From positions 32,302,001-32,366,000 of the forward strand of contig CM069159.1 in assembly GCA_035221665.1 (NCBI GenBank): a DNA stretch of 64,000 nt, given 5' to 3'. A program made the position numbers and the translations under genes. Shown in pieces: positions 11,870 through 24,620 of the stretch (positions are counted from its first letter, which is position 1; the number at the start of each line of letters is the position of its first letter). The notes under the pieces were generated by a model. The model searched no databases. It saw only the letters and a list, made by a program, of their open reading frames with translations, and was not told the DNA's origin. The DNA is from Okamejei kenojei. Lineage: Eukaryota.

Positions 11870-13105
11870 TGTGTAGTAAGGAACTGTAGATGCTGGTTTT
11901 AAACCAAAGATAGGCACAAAAAGCTGGAGTAACTCAGCGGGTCAGCAGCATCCCTGGAGAAAAGGAATAGTTGACGTTTCAGGTTGAGACCCTTCTTCAG
12001 ACTGAGAGTTAGGAAAAAGGGAAGTGAGAGAGAGAGATAGACGGTGATATAGAGAGATATAGAACAACTACTGTGCCTTCCATAATGTTTGGGACAGATC
12101 CATCATTTATTTATTTGCCTCTGTACCTCACAATTTGAGATTTGTAATAGAAAATAAATCACATGTGGTTAAAGTGCACATTGTCAGATTTTAATAAAGG
12201 CCATTTTTATACATTTTGGTTTCACCGTGTAGAAATTGCAGCAGTGTTTATACATCGTTCCTCCCATTTCAGGGAATCATAATGTTTGGGACAATGTAAT
12301 GTAAATGAAAGTAGTCATGTTTAGTATTTTGTTGCATATCCTTTGCATGCAAAGACTGCTTGAAGTCTGCGATTCATGGACATCACCAGTTGCTGGATGT
12401 CTTCTCTGGTGATGCTCTGCCAGGCCTGTATTGCAGCCATCTTTAGCTTATGCTTCTTTTGGGGGATAGTGCCCTTCAATTTTCTCTTCAGCATATAAAA
12501 GGCATGCGCAATTGAGTTCAGATCGGGTGATTGACTTGTCCACTCAGGAATTGACCATTTTTTAGCTTTGAAAAGCTCCTTTGTTGCTTTAGCAGTATGT
12601 TTGGGATCATTCTTGCTGTAGAATGAACCGCCGGCCAATGGGTTTTGAGGCATTTGTTTGAACCTGAGCAGATAGGATGTTTCTATACACTTCAGAATTA
12701 ATTATGCTACTGCCATCAGCAGTTGTATCATCAATTAAGATAAGCGAGCCAGTATCTTCAACAGCCACACATGCCCAGGCCACAACACCCCTACCACCGT
12801 GTTTCACAGATGAGGTGGTATGCTTTGGATCTTGGGCAGTTCCTTCTCTCCTCCAACACAGCTGTCATTTCTACAAGGTGAAACCAAAATGTATAAAAAT
12901 GGCTTTTAATAAAATCTGACAATGTGCACTTTAACCACATGTGATTTTTTTTTCTATTACAAATCTCAAATTGTTGGGTACAGAGGCAAATAAATAAATG
13001 ATGGGTCTTTGTCCCAAACATTATGGAGGACATTGTAAATGAAAGAAATGCAAAAAAAGTTACGATGATCAAGGAAATGGTCTATTGTTGTCTGTGGGCT
13101 AGTTA
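11870..13105 (-). mobile_element. Penelope pLTR fragment with hammerhead core (11969-12003), interrupted by Tc1
   Basis: Minus strand CTGAAGA-AGGGTCTCAACCT-GAAACGTC; purine-rich arm appears to resume after 13037. Confidence 0.7.
12071..13035 (-). mobile_element. Internally deleted Tc1/mariner transposon, IR/DR type
   Basis: Long TIRs (~175 bp) with DR cataatgtttgggaca, TA on both flanks; transposase remnants KHGGRGVVAW, NDPKHTA, WTSQSPDLNSI. Confidence 0.92.
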
Positions 13106-14169
13106 TACAGACAATGAAACTCACCAAATTCACCACAGTGATGCCAGCAATGTGGGTGTCCTAGGTGGAGAGACTGAACAAGTTTGGCTTGTCTCTTCAT
13201 TCATTGAAGTTTACGAATATGAGAAGTAAATAAATTATGCCGAGAGGAATTGACAGGACAAATATTGAGAGGCTGTTTCCTCCCCCTGGAGGGTTTTGAA
13301 ATAGGATTCAGAAGCTCAGGATAATTGTTTGGCCATTTTGGAACAAGATAAGGGTAAGTTTCTCTCAAAGGGGATTTAAAATTATTGGATCCCTGGAGTT
13401 TCAATATCATACACTACACATTGAGTAGATATGTATCATAGAAGTAAAATCAGTGTTGTGATCAATAGGCTTTTGGATAAGAGGGAATTCAAGGTCAGAA
13501 AACATGGATTTGAGATATAGGGATCAGCTATATCAACACTGATATTGAATGCCGTGTTAGCTTTAAGGATGTGTGTGAACATGTTCCCGAATCTATTTCT
13601 TATGTTCTTGTGCTCTTTTGATGAAAAAAATTAATGAATATACTGTAGTAGATTGCTTTGAATCTGTACTATTTAAGTTGTGTTAAAAACTCATACTTGC
13701 AAACTTTTTAATCAGTTTACCTCTACCTTTCTCTGTGCTATTCGAAACCTATTGGTTTCTTTAAACACTTTCGTACTCGGTGTTAATTTGAATTAAGTCA
13801 AAGCTTTTAGTGGCACCTCAACGCTTTGACATTCTTTCTAATATCCAAACATAAAATTCTATTGCAAGATGAAGCACTAGCTCTGCCTCTGCAATTTATA
13901 CTCATGCATATTACATCTAGTTGTATTCTTTTTTAGAGTATTATGTATTTTCTTTTCACTTATCCCTAATCTCTCAGCTTTCTTATTCAAGTTTTCATTT
14001 GCTCATCTATGTTATCAATTTGCTTGGCCTCCTAGATGTGTTAAACTTGTCTACTTAAAACTTTACTGCATATTTGAGTTTTTATCTTCCGGATGGGTAA
14101 TGGACCTGTACCTTAAACAGTTACTTAAAGTTCTTGTGCTTTATGTTTTTATATCATCTGTGAAGTTTG

Positions 14170-15590
14170 GAGAAATTGTTTGCAGCGTAAGATCAGGCCT
14201 TTTAGATCATTGTCTGCATTATGAAGAAACAGAATGACCTTTCAATGCCTTAAAGTAGACCTGCAAATATATTCTGGTGACAAACTCTGTGGTGTTAAAA
14301 CAGAGCTTGCGGTCACATACTTCGAGGACCTGGAAAGAGGCCAGGATCAAGTTCCACCGCTTGAAAAAACACTAAGGTATGAAAGTAATATTCTAGTAAC
14401 ATAAAAATTATGGATTAAAAAAATACTATTTATGTAAATGGAGGAAAAAGCTGAGTTTACGTTTTAAAATGTCACCAGTCAGCTTTGCTAATAAAAAAAA
14501 TATACCAATAAAGTGTAGTGTAGGAAGAAAAAAATCATGCTCCAAATCGCCATGTAGCGATTAACACTGCCGAAAGATAAAATTACCAAATAGGAGAGCA
14601 TACTTTAATCAAAAATGCGGAACTAATTTCAGCAAATGTATGTTCAAAGATCTAGAGAATCAGTGAATTACAGTTATTTGGAAGCCAATTGTTATCATTT
14701 TAACAGTATTTTCATTGTAAACACTTCGAGAATTAATTCCCTTAATTATTTACGTAATGCTGCAATCTCAAATTTAGAAATGTTTATTTATATTCATAAT
14801 ATCCCAATTTTCCTCTTTGCAGGAGAAAATAATCACAGAAGGAGCACGAGCCACTAGGATACAAATTGTCACCCCTTGCACTTTTATTAAATGGCACCAT
14901 TAACATTTGGTGACATAGACTTGGTGACATAACACCGAGAGCCATGACAATGACATGAATTTGAATTTGATGGTCAGCAGATTTACAGTGAAGGTTCGAT
15001 GTGCTGATATCTGCTTGCGGATTGCTTCTGAATGCAGATCTTAAGTGGCCTGTTTTCCAGTGGATGATGTTACCACACATGGGCTGTCTTCATCACTTAA
15101 CTGCTGACATGCACATGGTATTACAACTTAGTTGGAGAAGAATTACGGCTATCCAGGAGAGAGAATTTAAGATATCTGCAATATGCCACTCGCCTATGTT
15201 TGCATATTAACGTCCGCCATAATGCTGTGGACAAGGAGCATGAGCAGTAGCTGCCAATTATGGTAATCATTGCTATGAAGAAGGCCTGCGAAAGGAATGG
15301 TATACTTCAGCCCCAAAATAATCAAGCACACAGCTAATTCTGCTTCTGAATCAAGCACAAAGCAAATTCTGCTTCTAACTTTCTGAACTTGATGCATCTT
15401 CATCAGGACTTGTGCATGCCAGTTGGCTAAGCAGCTGTCCATCATTGCTGTTGGATTCGTTATAAGAAAACTGGCACATGAGTTAATAATTAACAACCTG
15501 TAAACAAAGAAGGAATACACATAGAATGTCACATGCACTCATGAAAATTTACCTTTTGTAGTTCCTAATCTGTTACTGTACAATAAAATG
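14170..15590 (+). pseudogene. Possible decayed Myb/SANT-like (trihelix) gene of a DNA transposon
   Basis: RTWKEARIKFHRLKKH at 14325-14372, upstream NIFW, donor aag/gtatga at 14376, acceptor tttcctctttgcag at 14822, AATAAA at 15582; many stops. Confidence 0.4.
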
Positions 15591-16201
15591 AATTGTTTTT
15601 GAAAGGTAACACAGATTAAATGTGTACACATGCAAGTATGCATGCATGTGTGTATGTGCATAGTATTTTTGTCTCTAGAAGGGTGTGACTGTCCCCAGTT
15701 GTTCATTGAAATTGCTCATCCTTCTACGTACCATTTACAAGAGGTACTCATCATACTGTGAGCTGTGTTCAGATTCAATTCAAAGAGTTAAGAGAGCATT
15801 ATGGTAACTTGCTATACCACCTAGACCTATATATTACAAATATTTCTACCAAATATAAAAAATTACATTTTGTATGCTTTCACGGTTATTTCTGTTGCTG
15901 TGAGAGCAAATGCAAGCTGCATAACTGATTATTTCAGATGCAGATTTTTCATATATTTACATTCAGAGGGGAATAAATAGAGGGGAATAAATAGAGTTCA
16001 GAGGGGAATAAATAGAGTGAGGTATTATGTTAGAAATATGTAATACAGTATAATCTAAAAGAACGTAGTTTGTTAGATGGTTATTTGTTGTTTACTGATC
16101 TTGTTTGACACCAGTCATTAATTACTTGATGCCCATGTGATATATATATAGTTAGGTAAAATATATATTGTTATAGTTGTTTCATACTGGAAGGTATAGT
16201 T

Positions 16202-16495
16202 AGGCCGGCACAGTGGCGCAGCGGTGGAGTTACAGCGCCAGAGCCCCGGATTTCATTCTGACTATGGTTGCTCTCTGTATGGTGTTTGTGCATTCTCCAT
16301 GTGGGCGTGTGGGTTTTCTCCGGGTCTTCCGGTTTCCTCACATTCCAAAGACGTGCAGGTTTGTAGGTTAATAGACCTCTGTAAATTGTCCTTAGTGTAT
16401 AAGACTAGAACCAGTATACAATGATCGTTGGTCGGCACGGACTCGGTAGGCTGAAGGGCCTGTTTCCACGCTAATCTATCTCTAAACTAAACTAA
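16202..16495 (+). mobile_element. HE1-type tRNA-derived V-SINE
   Basis: A-box-like gtggcgcagcgg, V core gggttttctccggg...ccaaagacgtgc, CR1-like 3' end and (taaac)n tail. Confidence 0.8.
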
Positions 16496-16809
16496 AAAAA
16501 AAGTAAATGTAGCATATTTTGATTCTCATTTTCCATCATGTTGTTGGATATATTGTATCTCAGCCATTTTAATGGATGAACAATGTATATTTTGTGGTAA
16601 GAATGAATATACCAATGCTGATGAAAATTGACGGTTTGCAACTGAATTTCTCTCTCCCCACCTCAGCACATGACATTTACAAAGAAACTGAAGATTTGCT
16701 GTATTCAAAATGTTTTGACCTTCTCATTGCAGTGTCCATGTGACTGAGAAGCTCATACTCAACGTTCAATGCACACTGGTCACAACTCATACTGTTACAA
16801 GACAATAAT

Positions 16810-17675
16810 TAATTGCCCAACTTTGTAAAAGGCATGATTAGTACGTTTGCTGATGACACTAAAGTGGATAGTATCATAGATAGTGAAGATGGTTATCCAA
16901 AATTACAGCAGGATTGTGACAATTTGTGCTAGTGGACTGAGGAATGATTAATGGAGTGTAATGCAGATGTGAGAGGTGTTGCATTTGGGAAAGTCAAACC
17001 AGGGCAGGACCTTCACAGTGAATGGCAGGCCCCTGCAGAGTGTTGTAGAGCAGAGGGATCTAGGAGTGCAGGTACATAGTTCCTTGAAAGTGGCTCACAG
17101 GTAGATTGGCTGATCAAGAAGGCTTTTGGTATATTGACCTTCATCGGTCAGTGTATTGAGTATAGAAGTTGCGATGTTATGTTATAGTTGTAAAAAACAT
17201 TGCTGAGGGTGCATTTGGAGTATTATGTTGTGTTTTGGTAACCCTGACATAGGAAGGATGTTATTAAGCTGGAAATAGTGCGGAGATTTATGAGAATGTT
17301 GCCAGGACTTGAGGGCCTGAGCTATAGGGAGTGGTTGGGGAGGCCTGAACTTTATTCCTTGGAGTGCAGGACGATGAGAGGTGATCTTATAGAGGTGTAT
17401 AAAATTATGAGAGGAATAGATAGGTTAAGTGCACAGTCTTTTACCAAGAACAGGTGGAATCAAGAATTAGGGGACATTGGTTTGAGGTGAGAGAGGAAAG
17501 ATTTAATAGGAACCTGAGGTCAACATTTTCATACAGTGGGTGGTGGGTTTATGGAACAAGCTACCAGAGAAGGAAGTTGAGGCAGGTACAATGACAACAG
17601 GAAAGGTTTAGATGGATGTGGGCCAAACCTGGGCAGGTGGGACTAGAGTAGATTGGGCATCATGGTCGGTATAGG
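16810..17675 (+). mobile_element. Degenerate CR1 LINE, RT C-terminal half
   Basis: FADDTK, RDLGV and RGDLIEVYKIM motifs with stops and frameshifts. Confidence 0.88.
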
Positions 17676-18127
17676 CCATTGAACAGCCATTGAACTTAAG
17701 CAATAGCATGCAAATTACATTCTCAGAATTGCTTGAAATATTTGGGTGAGAAAATTATTTACATAATTATTTACACAATTTCAAAAACTGGAATAGTAAT
17801 TTTCTGTTGAAAATCTTGTAACTCTGAATTAATGTAATTTTGAGCATATTTCAGGTACACCTTACTGTGAAAATTATCTGCCCATTTTCCTGGAGTTTTT
17901 TCTTTATATTTATTCTGAGATACAAATCACCCAAGTGTAGTGCAATGTACATCAAGCGTAGTGCAATGCTCACTGGTCTGAAAACTGACCTTATTTACTC
18001 GCAGAACAATCGTATTTTGTGAATCCTAATTCCCTGAAACACTCAAACTGCAAACTTCATCGTCACAAAGATCCCAGATCCCTTGTGACCTCAAATACAA
18101 CCCCAATAGGATTAACAAACTCATCAA

Positions 18128-19229
18128 GAATGGTTAAGAAGGTTCAATCTTTGGGTGTTAATGGCGGAGTAGCAAGATGGATTCAACAGTGGCTGAATGG
18201 GAGATGTCAGAGAGTAATGGTGGATGGCTGTTTGTCAGGTTGGAAGCCGGTGACCAGTGGGGTGCCTCAGGGATCTGTGTTGGGTCCACTGTTGTTTGTC
18301 ATGTACATCAATGATCTGGATGATGGGGTGGAAAATTGGATAAGTAAGTATGCAGATGATACTAAGATAGGTGGTGTTGTGGATAATGAAGTAGATTTTC
18401 AAAGTCTACAGAGAGATTTGGGCCATTTGGAAAAGTGGGTTGAAAGATGGCAGATGGAGTTTAATGCTGATAAGTGTGAAGTGCTACATCTTGGCAGGAT
18501 AAATCAAAATAGGACGTACATGCTAAATGGTAGGGAATTGAGGAATGCTGTGGAACAGAGGGATCTAGGAATAACTGTGCATAGTTCCCTGAAGGTGGAA
18601 TCGCATGTAGATAGGGTGGTAAAGAAAGCCTTTGGTGTGCTGGCCTTTATAAATCAGAGCATTGAATATAGGAGTAGGGAAGTAATGTTAAAATTGTACA
18701 AGGCATTGGTAAGACCAATTCTGGAGTATGGTGTACAATTTTGGTCGCCTAGTTATAGGAAGGATGTCAACAAAATAGAGAGAGTACAGAGGAGATTTAC
18801 TGATATGTTGCCAGGGTTCCAGCAACTATGTTACAGAGAAAGGTTGAACAAGTTAGGTCTTTATTCTTTGGAGCGCAGAAGGTTAAGGGGGGACTTGATT
18901 GAGGTCTTTAAAATGATGAAAGGGATAGACAGAGTTGACATGGATATGTTTTTCCCATTGAGGGTAGGGAAGATTCAAACAAGAGGGCATGACATGAGAA
19001 TTAAGGGACAGAGGTTTCGGGGTAACGTGAGGGGGAACTTCTTTACTCAGAGGGTGGTGGCTGTGTGGAATCAGCTTCCAGCAGAAGTGGTGGAGGCAGG
19101 ATCGATTTTAACATTTAAGAGTAAAGTGGATAAGTATATGGACGTGAAGGGAATGGAGGGGTATGGTCTGAGTGCAGGTAGATGGGACTAGGGGAAAACA
19201 AATGGTCGGCACGGACTGGAAGGGCCGAG
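18128..19229 (+). mobile_element. Young 5'-truncated CR1 LINE with open ORF2 end (RT)
   Basis: ORF 18019..19191 contains SGVPQGSVLGP, YADDTK, LEYGVQFWSP, FFTQRVV with no stops. Confidence 0.95.
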
Positions 19230-19611
19230 AGGGCATCTTGGACAATACAGCTCACCCCTTCCATGACACATTGGTCAACCTGAGGAGTACTCGCACTTTA
19301 ATTTCATGTATTCTGTGTTTTATAACTGTTGGCATATCAATTAATTTCCCTCCTGGGATAAATAATGCTCTATTATATCGTATATATCTGAACTGCCTTA
19401 TCCAAAAGGTGAGGATCATGATTGCACTTAGCCGCCTAGCTGTAGAATTGTACAAACCATTGCTAGACTCTTCACATCCTGCAGTTTGTTCCTCATTGCT
19501 GAACTGAGGAGGGGGTGTCACCCTAACCGCACTTTAGGAGAGGAAACTTATTTGCTTTCCCTATTGCTCATACGAGCAGGTAGATTGAGCAAATGTATTC
19601 AGTCCTCCTAA

Positions 19612-19742
19612 AGCCCCTGTCCCACTTTCATGACCTAATTCACGACCTTTTTTACTCGTGGACATTTTTCATCATGTTAGAAAAAAACGCCCCGACCTAC
19701 TTGATGCCACGAGTACCTACGACTTCCCTACGACCTCGTATT
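19612..19742. mobile_element. Left end of PIF/Harbinger-like MITE
   Basis: taa then agcccctgtcccactt TIR; cgacct subrepeats. Confidence 0.55.
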
Positions 19743-20118
19743 ACGTTGAGGATTGCAAGAACTTGCAGCACATCCCTTCAGAAGGCAACACTAAAATTGA
19801 TAATGCCAGTTATAGGCCATTGTTACACAGAAAAACCTGACATGCAATTGTGTACATTTTGCAGTTGTAAATTTTGATTTTATGTGATTTTTATAAACAT
19901 CATCATTCGGGTGACCCACGGTGCTGTTTTAATAGCAATAAGATAATTATCAATAGGTCCCATAATAGATTATAGAATATGCATCTTTTTCAGAATAATC
20001 CTGTATCATATTGTCCCATGCAGCAGCAGGCTCTTTATAATCTTCAACCTCTTGCCTTAAAATCCCTGCAAAACATTCCTGTATCCACCATACAAGATGT
20101 CATTATATATATTTTTAA

Positions 20119-20421
<303 letters not shown>

Positions 20422-20521
20422 TAGCTCCAAGTAGAGCAATCCATCAATCCTATTTTACCTCTCTTATTTTCCTGTAACTTGTTCTCTCACATGCCCCACG
20501 ACTCCCTATTTGAATCTATTT

Positions 20522-20795
20522 CAGAATGAAGAAGGGTGCCAACCTGAAATATTGCCTATCCATTCATTCTACAGATGCTATGGCACCCACTGAGTTACTC
20601 TAGCACTTTGTGTTTTACTCAAGATTCCAGCATCAGTAGTTTCTTGTGTATCCCATTTTGATTATTTTGCCACTTACCACACAAAAGAGGAAAATTACCG
20701 TAGTAAATTAACATACCTGCATAAGTTTGACTATGTGGGAGGCAACCAGAGCACCACAATGGAAACTCGTACAACCACAGAGGGAATGTGTAAAA
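20522..20795. mobile_element. Degenerate Penelope pLTR (+) followed by HE1 SINE fragment (-)
   Basis: tgaagaagggtgccaacctgaaat...ctgagttactctagca; then tgtgggaggcaaccagagcacc. Confidence 0.6.
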
Positions 20796-22524
20796 CATCC
20801 CTGGATCTCCTCTCTCCCACCCCAAAAACGTTCACTTTTTTAAAAAAAAACACTGCTTGACTCTACTGTCAGTGTTATTGTACGTTAAGAGATTTTAAAG
20901 CAAGAAGGTTTGACAATTAATTTGATTTATTTGGCTGGAAGTCTAAAATAATCAGTGGCTCAGTCAAGATATAATTAATTATTTACATTTGAAGATGAAA
21001 TTGCAATAGTGGACTACCTTACTTTAGCTCATTTCCATTTTCTTAAAAAGATTTTGGCCATTTCATTAAAAGAAAGTTCTAAGTCATGTGATACAATCAA
21101 TTCATGTGGCTTAGATCCATGTATTTCATCAATGGTCTCTGCTCTGCTGCTCGAGCCTCGGTTATTTTTTCCTCCAAGTAGCTTCAGGTTTTATCTGCAA
21201 GCCTTGCTAATTTAATTGATTAAATATTACCATCTCCACAGCTGGCCTCAGAATCCCTAACCTTAGGGCAAAAAACTCCTGTTCTTATAATCTTGAAAGG
21301 TTAGGTGAGGAAAGCAATAGATATAGCTGCAATGATATATGAGTGAATAATTTGCGTGGAGATATATTTCACTAAATCAATTGCTGTCAAGGTTGTGAAA
21401 CGTGGAGTTCAATCTGAGCTACTTGCCTGGGAGGTAAATGGAAAAGCTTTTCCACTGCTGGTGATGATGACAGTTATGATATATATGCACTTTAATACAG
21501 ATTAAAGGTTATAGTGATGAGGATTTTGATTTTCATATCTAAAGCATCACAGCTAAGTAATGAGTGCCAAAGTTGTGAGCAAAATAATTAGATACAAGTA
21601 AAATCTTTATCGTGTCAGTTTCACTCAATGCTTGTACTTAGCCTATGAGAATGTTATTGATTCAAATCCAAGAACTTGAACAATAGGCTGACGTTTCAGT
21701 GCAGTACATAAGTTGTTAGATATGCTGCCATCAAATACTACTTTAAACCAAGGTCATGTTGGCCATTAAGGTCAATGACCGAAGAGTACGAGCGGTCTCT
21801 CAGTGTCCCGCCCAACATTCATCTTGCATCCAATCTCACCAAAATCTTATCAAATAGAAAAATGTTTGCATGTGTACTTTTTGCAGCTTCAGGTGATTCA
21901 GATGTGCTTCATAGCCAACCAAGTACTTGAAATAAAATCGCTGTTAAATGGCAACCATTTAACATATTGTAAAGTACACCAGACAAACAAATGACAGGTT
22001 TTTAGCGGTGATCGAAGGAGATTTTTTTGATCTGAAAACAGCGAGAAATCCCTTGCCTTTACAGGAGCAATCAGATCTCTTGTTCTCCTGGTGTGAAAGA
22101 TAACAATACTGATATGGAACACTTAATTGAACTATAATCTAAAACACATAGGCTTTTAATTCAGAAATAAGAATGCTTCCATAGAACATGCTATATACTT
22201 ATTTACTATGAACATTTGCTCATATCATCACATGAATTGACTTCAAAGTAATTAATTGACTGTTATGGGCCTTAGGAAGTTCTGAGGAGATATAAAATGC
22301 TATAAAAACCTCTAATTAAACCTGCAGTGAATTTGAGTGATTCTGCTGTTTTACATCAGTATGATTCAAATTTTAATTTTCTGAACAAATAATGAGTGTT
22401 AAGCAACTCTTATTTTTATGCATGCTATACATCGATAAAACTTCCAGTTAATGCAGTTAAAATGCCAATTGCTGTAAAGTTGAAGACAAAGTTATATGTT
22501 TAATTATGTTAACGGTGTTCTTAG

Positions 22525-22635
22525 TTAATAACAGAATCTAAGCAAGTCAAAGTGGAAATCAAAACGGAGCCTCTGAATGAACAAGTACTCGTGTACATGA
22601 CGGAATTGGGTTTGGAAAGAGAACGCACACTACAG
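22525..22635 (+). CDS. SIK3: SIK3 exon (~8): UBA/SNH start, LITESKQVKVEIKTEPLNEQVLVYMTELGLERERTLQ
   Basis: ttcttag/gtattg, 111 nt, phase 0-0. Confidence 0.93.
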
Positions 22636-22963
22636 GTATTGTAGCAATTTTTTATTTTGTGTTCATGTACTGCCCAAACTGTAGAGTTATTCAATTTTTA
22701 ACATTTGAACTCTTACATTCAATTATTTTTGATACATGTTTTTAATACCTTAATCTATGTCAGCATTGATTTTTTTGTTGTTGAATTGTCAACAACTAGT
22801 TTGCAAGTATAAGGTTACCATTGGTAACATAATCAGAAAACTTGGCTTGTTGAATGCTGTATGCATTAACAAATTGTTCTGGCTCTGAATAAGAGTAAAT
22901 TGATATATTTCCAATCAGTTTCCATACTGGTCAGTTTCATATGGGTTTTAACTTTACTTTCAG

Positions 22964-23107
22964 TCATTGAAGACAGATGCCTATGATCACTTCAGTGCAA
23001 TTTACAGTCTGCTGTGCGACAAGCTAAAGCGGCACAAGACGTTGCGCATATCTGCACCTCCAAGTGTTCCTCGCTCTATGCCTTTCCAGTCACCTGCAAA
23101 CGTCCAG
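22964..23107 (+). CDS. SIK3: SIK3 exon (~9): SLKTDAYDHFSAIYSLLCDKLKRHKTLRISAPPSVPRSMPFQSPANVQ
   Basis: tttcag/gtgaaa, 144 nt; UBA C-terminal helix YDHFSAIYSLL. Confidence 0.95.
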
Positions 23108-23179
23108 GTGAAATACCCATGAATTTCATAGATCCTTGTCTAATATTGCATAATTATCTTCGGAAAAATTAACCTGAAG

Positions 23180-23325
23180 AAATGTATAAGAAGGAACTGC
23201 AGATACTGGTTTAAACCGAGATCTTCTGAAGAAAGATCTTGACCTGAAACGTCACCCATTCCTTCCCTCCAGAAATGTTGCCTGGCCCACTGAGTTACTC
23301 CAGCTTTTTGTGTCTATCTTCAAAA
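23180..23325 (+). mobile_element. Penelope pLTR element with sense-strand hammerhead core (23226-23253)
   Basis: CTGAAGA-AAGATCTTGACCT-GAAACGTC; taacctgaag duplicated at 23170-23179 and 23326-23335. Confidence 0.75.
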
Positions 23326-24379
23326 TAACCTGAAGCTTCATTCAGAATAGGGAGCAAAGATTCACATAGAATTGTTCCAGGGATGGCTGGTTTGCTCTCT
23401 GGAATATATCAAACTCTGCAACAGAGATATTACAATTCCATTTTCATAACCCTTCGTGGCAGGAAGTATCAAAGATTCATAACCTTCTAAGGAAAAAAAA
23501 TACCATCATTTATGGGAACATTATTTTGAAACAGTGACACCTAGTTTGAGATTGTCCAAAAGATTCTCTCTAGATCCACCGTCAACACCCCTGTGGTTCT
23601 TACTTGACATAGAACCATAGAACAGTACAGCACAAGAAGAGGCCCTCAGTCCACAATGACGCTGCTGAACATGATGTGAAGACCATCATTTACCTACCTG
23701 CACATAACCCATAACCCATATCCCTCCATTCCAGGCATATCCATATGCCTATCCAAAAGTCCTGTAGATGCCACTAGCATATCTGCACCTAAACCAGCAA
23801 AGGAGAGCGGCTTTCCTGAAGGACATTAGTGAACTAGATAGCATTTTATGACAGTCCAGTGGAGTCACGGTTATTTTTGGTATTTACAAATTTTTATTCA
23901 TTTCTTTGAATTTACTTTCCTTCACATAAATGTTTTGTTCCTCAACAAAAATTGTATGAGACCATCAGCCACCTATTATATTTATCTCCACACATTCAGT
24001 TTCACTGGAGTTATTGAAACCACGCATAGAGAGGTGAGGATAACAATTGACTGTGTCTTCACACACTGTTAGTGCGTTTGATCACAGATCATTTTTCTTT
24101 ATTTGTATGACATATTAAATGTACATATATCTCATTAAAATTAGAACATTAAATACATTAGTACATATTCTTAATGAAAAGCAGTGATATCAGTGAGAAA
24201 TAAACGTACATTAATAGCTTTTAAAAAATAAATTATGATCTAACTAATCAACTTAGTGTGTCTTAATATGTCAAGATTTTAAATCCATACACTGTTCAGC
24301 TTTTTATGACAAGAAAATAACAATATAACAATCATTGCACAAAATGTCAGTAAAGAAGACATTAAACAGTTTGATAATA

Positions 24380-24620
24380 AAAACAGACAATACTGGAAAA
24401 ACTCAGCAGGTATGGCACCATCTGCTGAAGTAGAAACAGAATTAACTTTTCAGATCAATGCCTTCTTATCAGAATCAGAACTGAGGAGAGATCTTCAACT
24501 TGAAACTTTAACTCCATTTTCTTCCTCGCCACAGACATTGCCTGACCTGACCTGCTGAGTCTTTCCAGAATTTGTGTCTGTATTTAAAATTTCCAGCATC
24601 TGCAGTTTCTTTTTGCTTTT
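24380..24620. mobile_element. Older fold-back Penelope pLTR element
   Basis: ctggaaaaactcagcagg ... cctgctgagtctttccag inverted arms; degenerate ctgagga...gaaac. Confidence 0.6.

Noticed and set aside
15194-15538. Minus-strand 114-aa ORF with an acceptor-like site at ~15500
   Set aside because: No recognisable motif; the + strand reading explains the region better.
16202-16270. tRNA gene
   Set aside because: Degenerate tRNA-derived SINE head continuous with a V-SINE core; no cloverleaf.
18019-19191. 390-aa ORF as a host or domesticated RT gene
   Set aside because: 5'-truncated CR1 ORF2; the first ~36 codons are unrelated flank and the start is not ATG.
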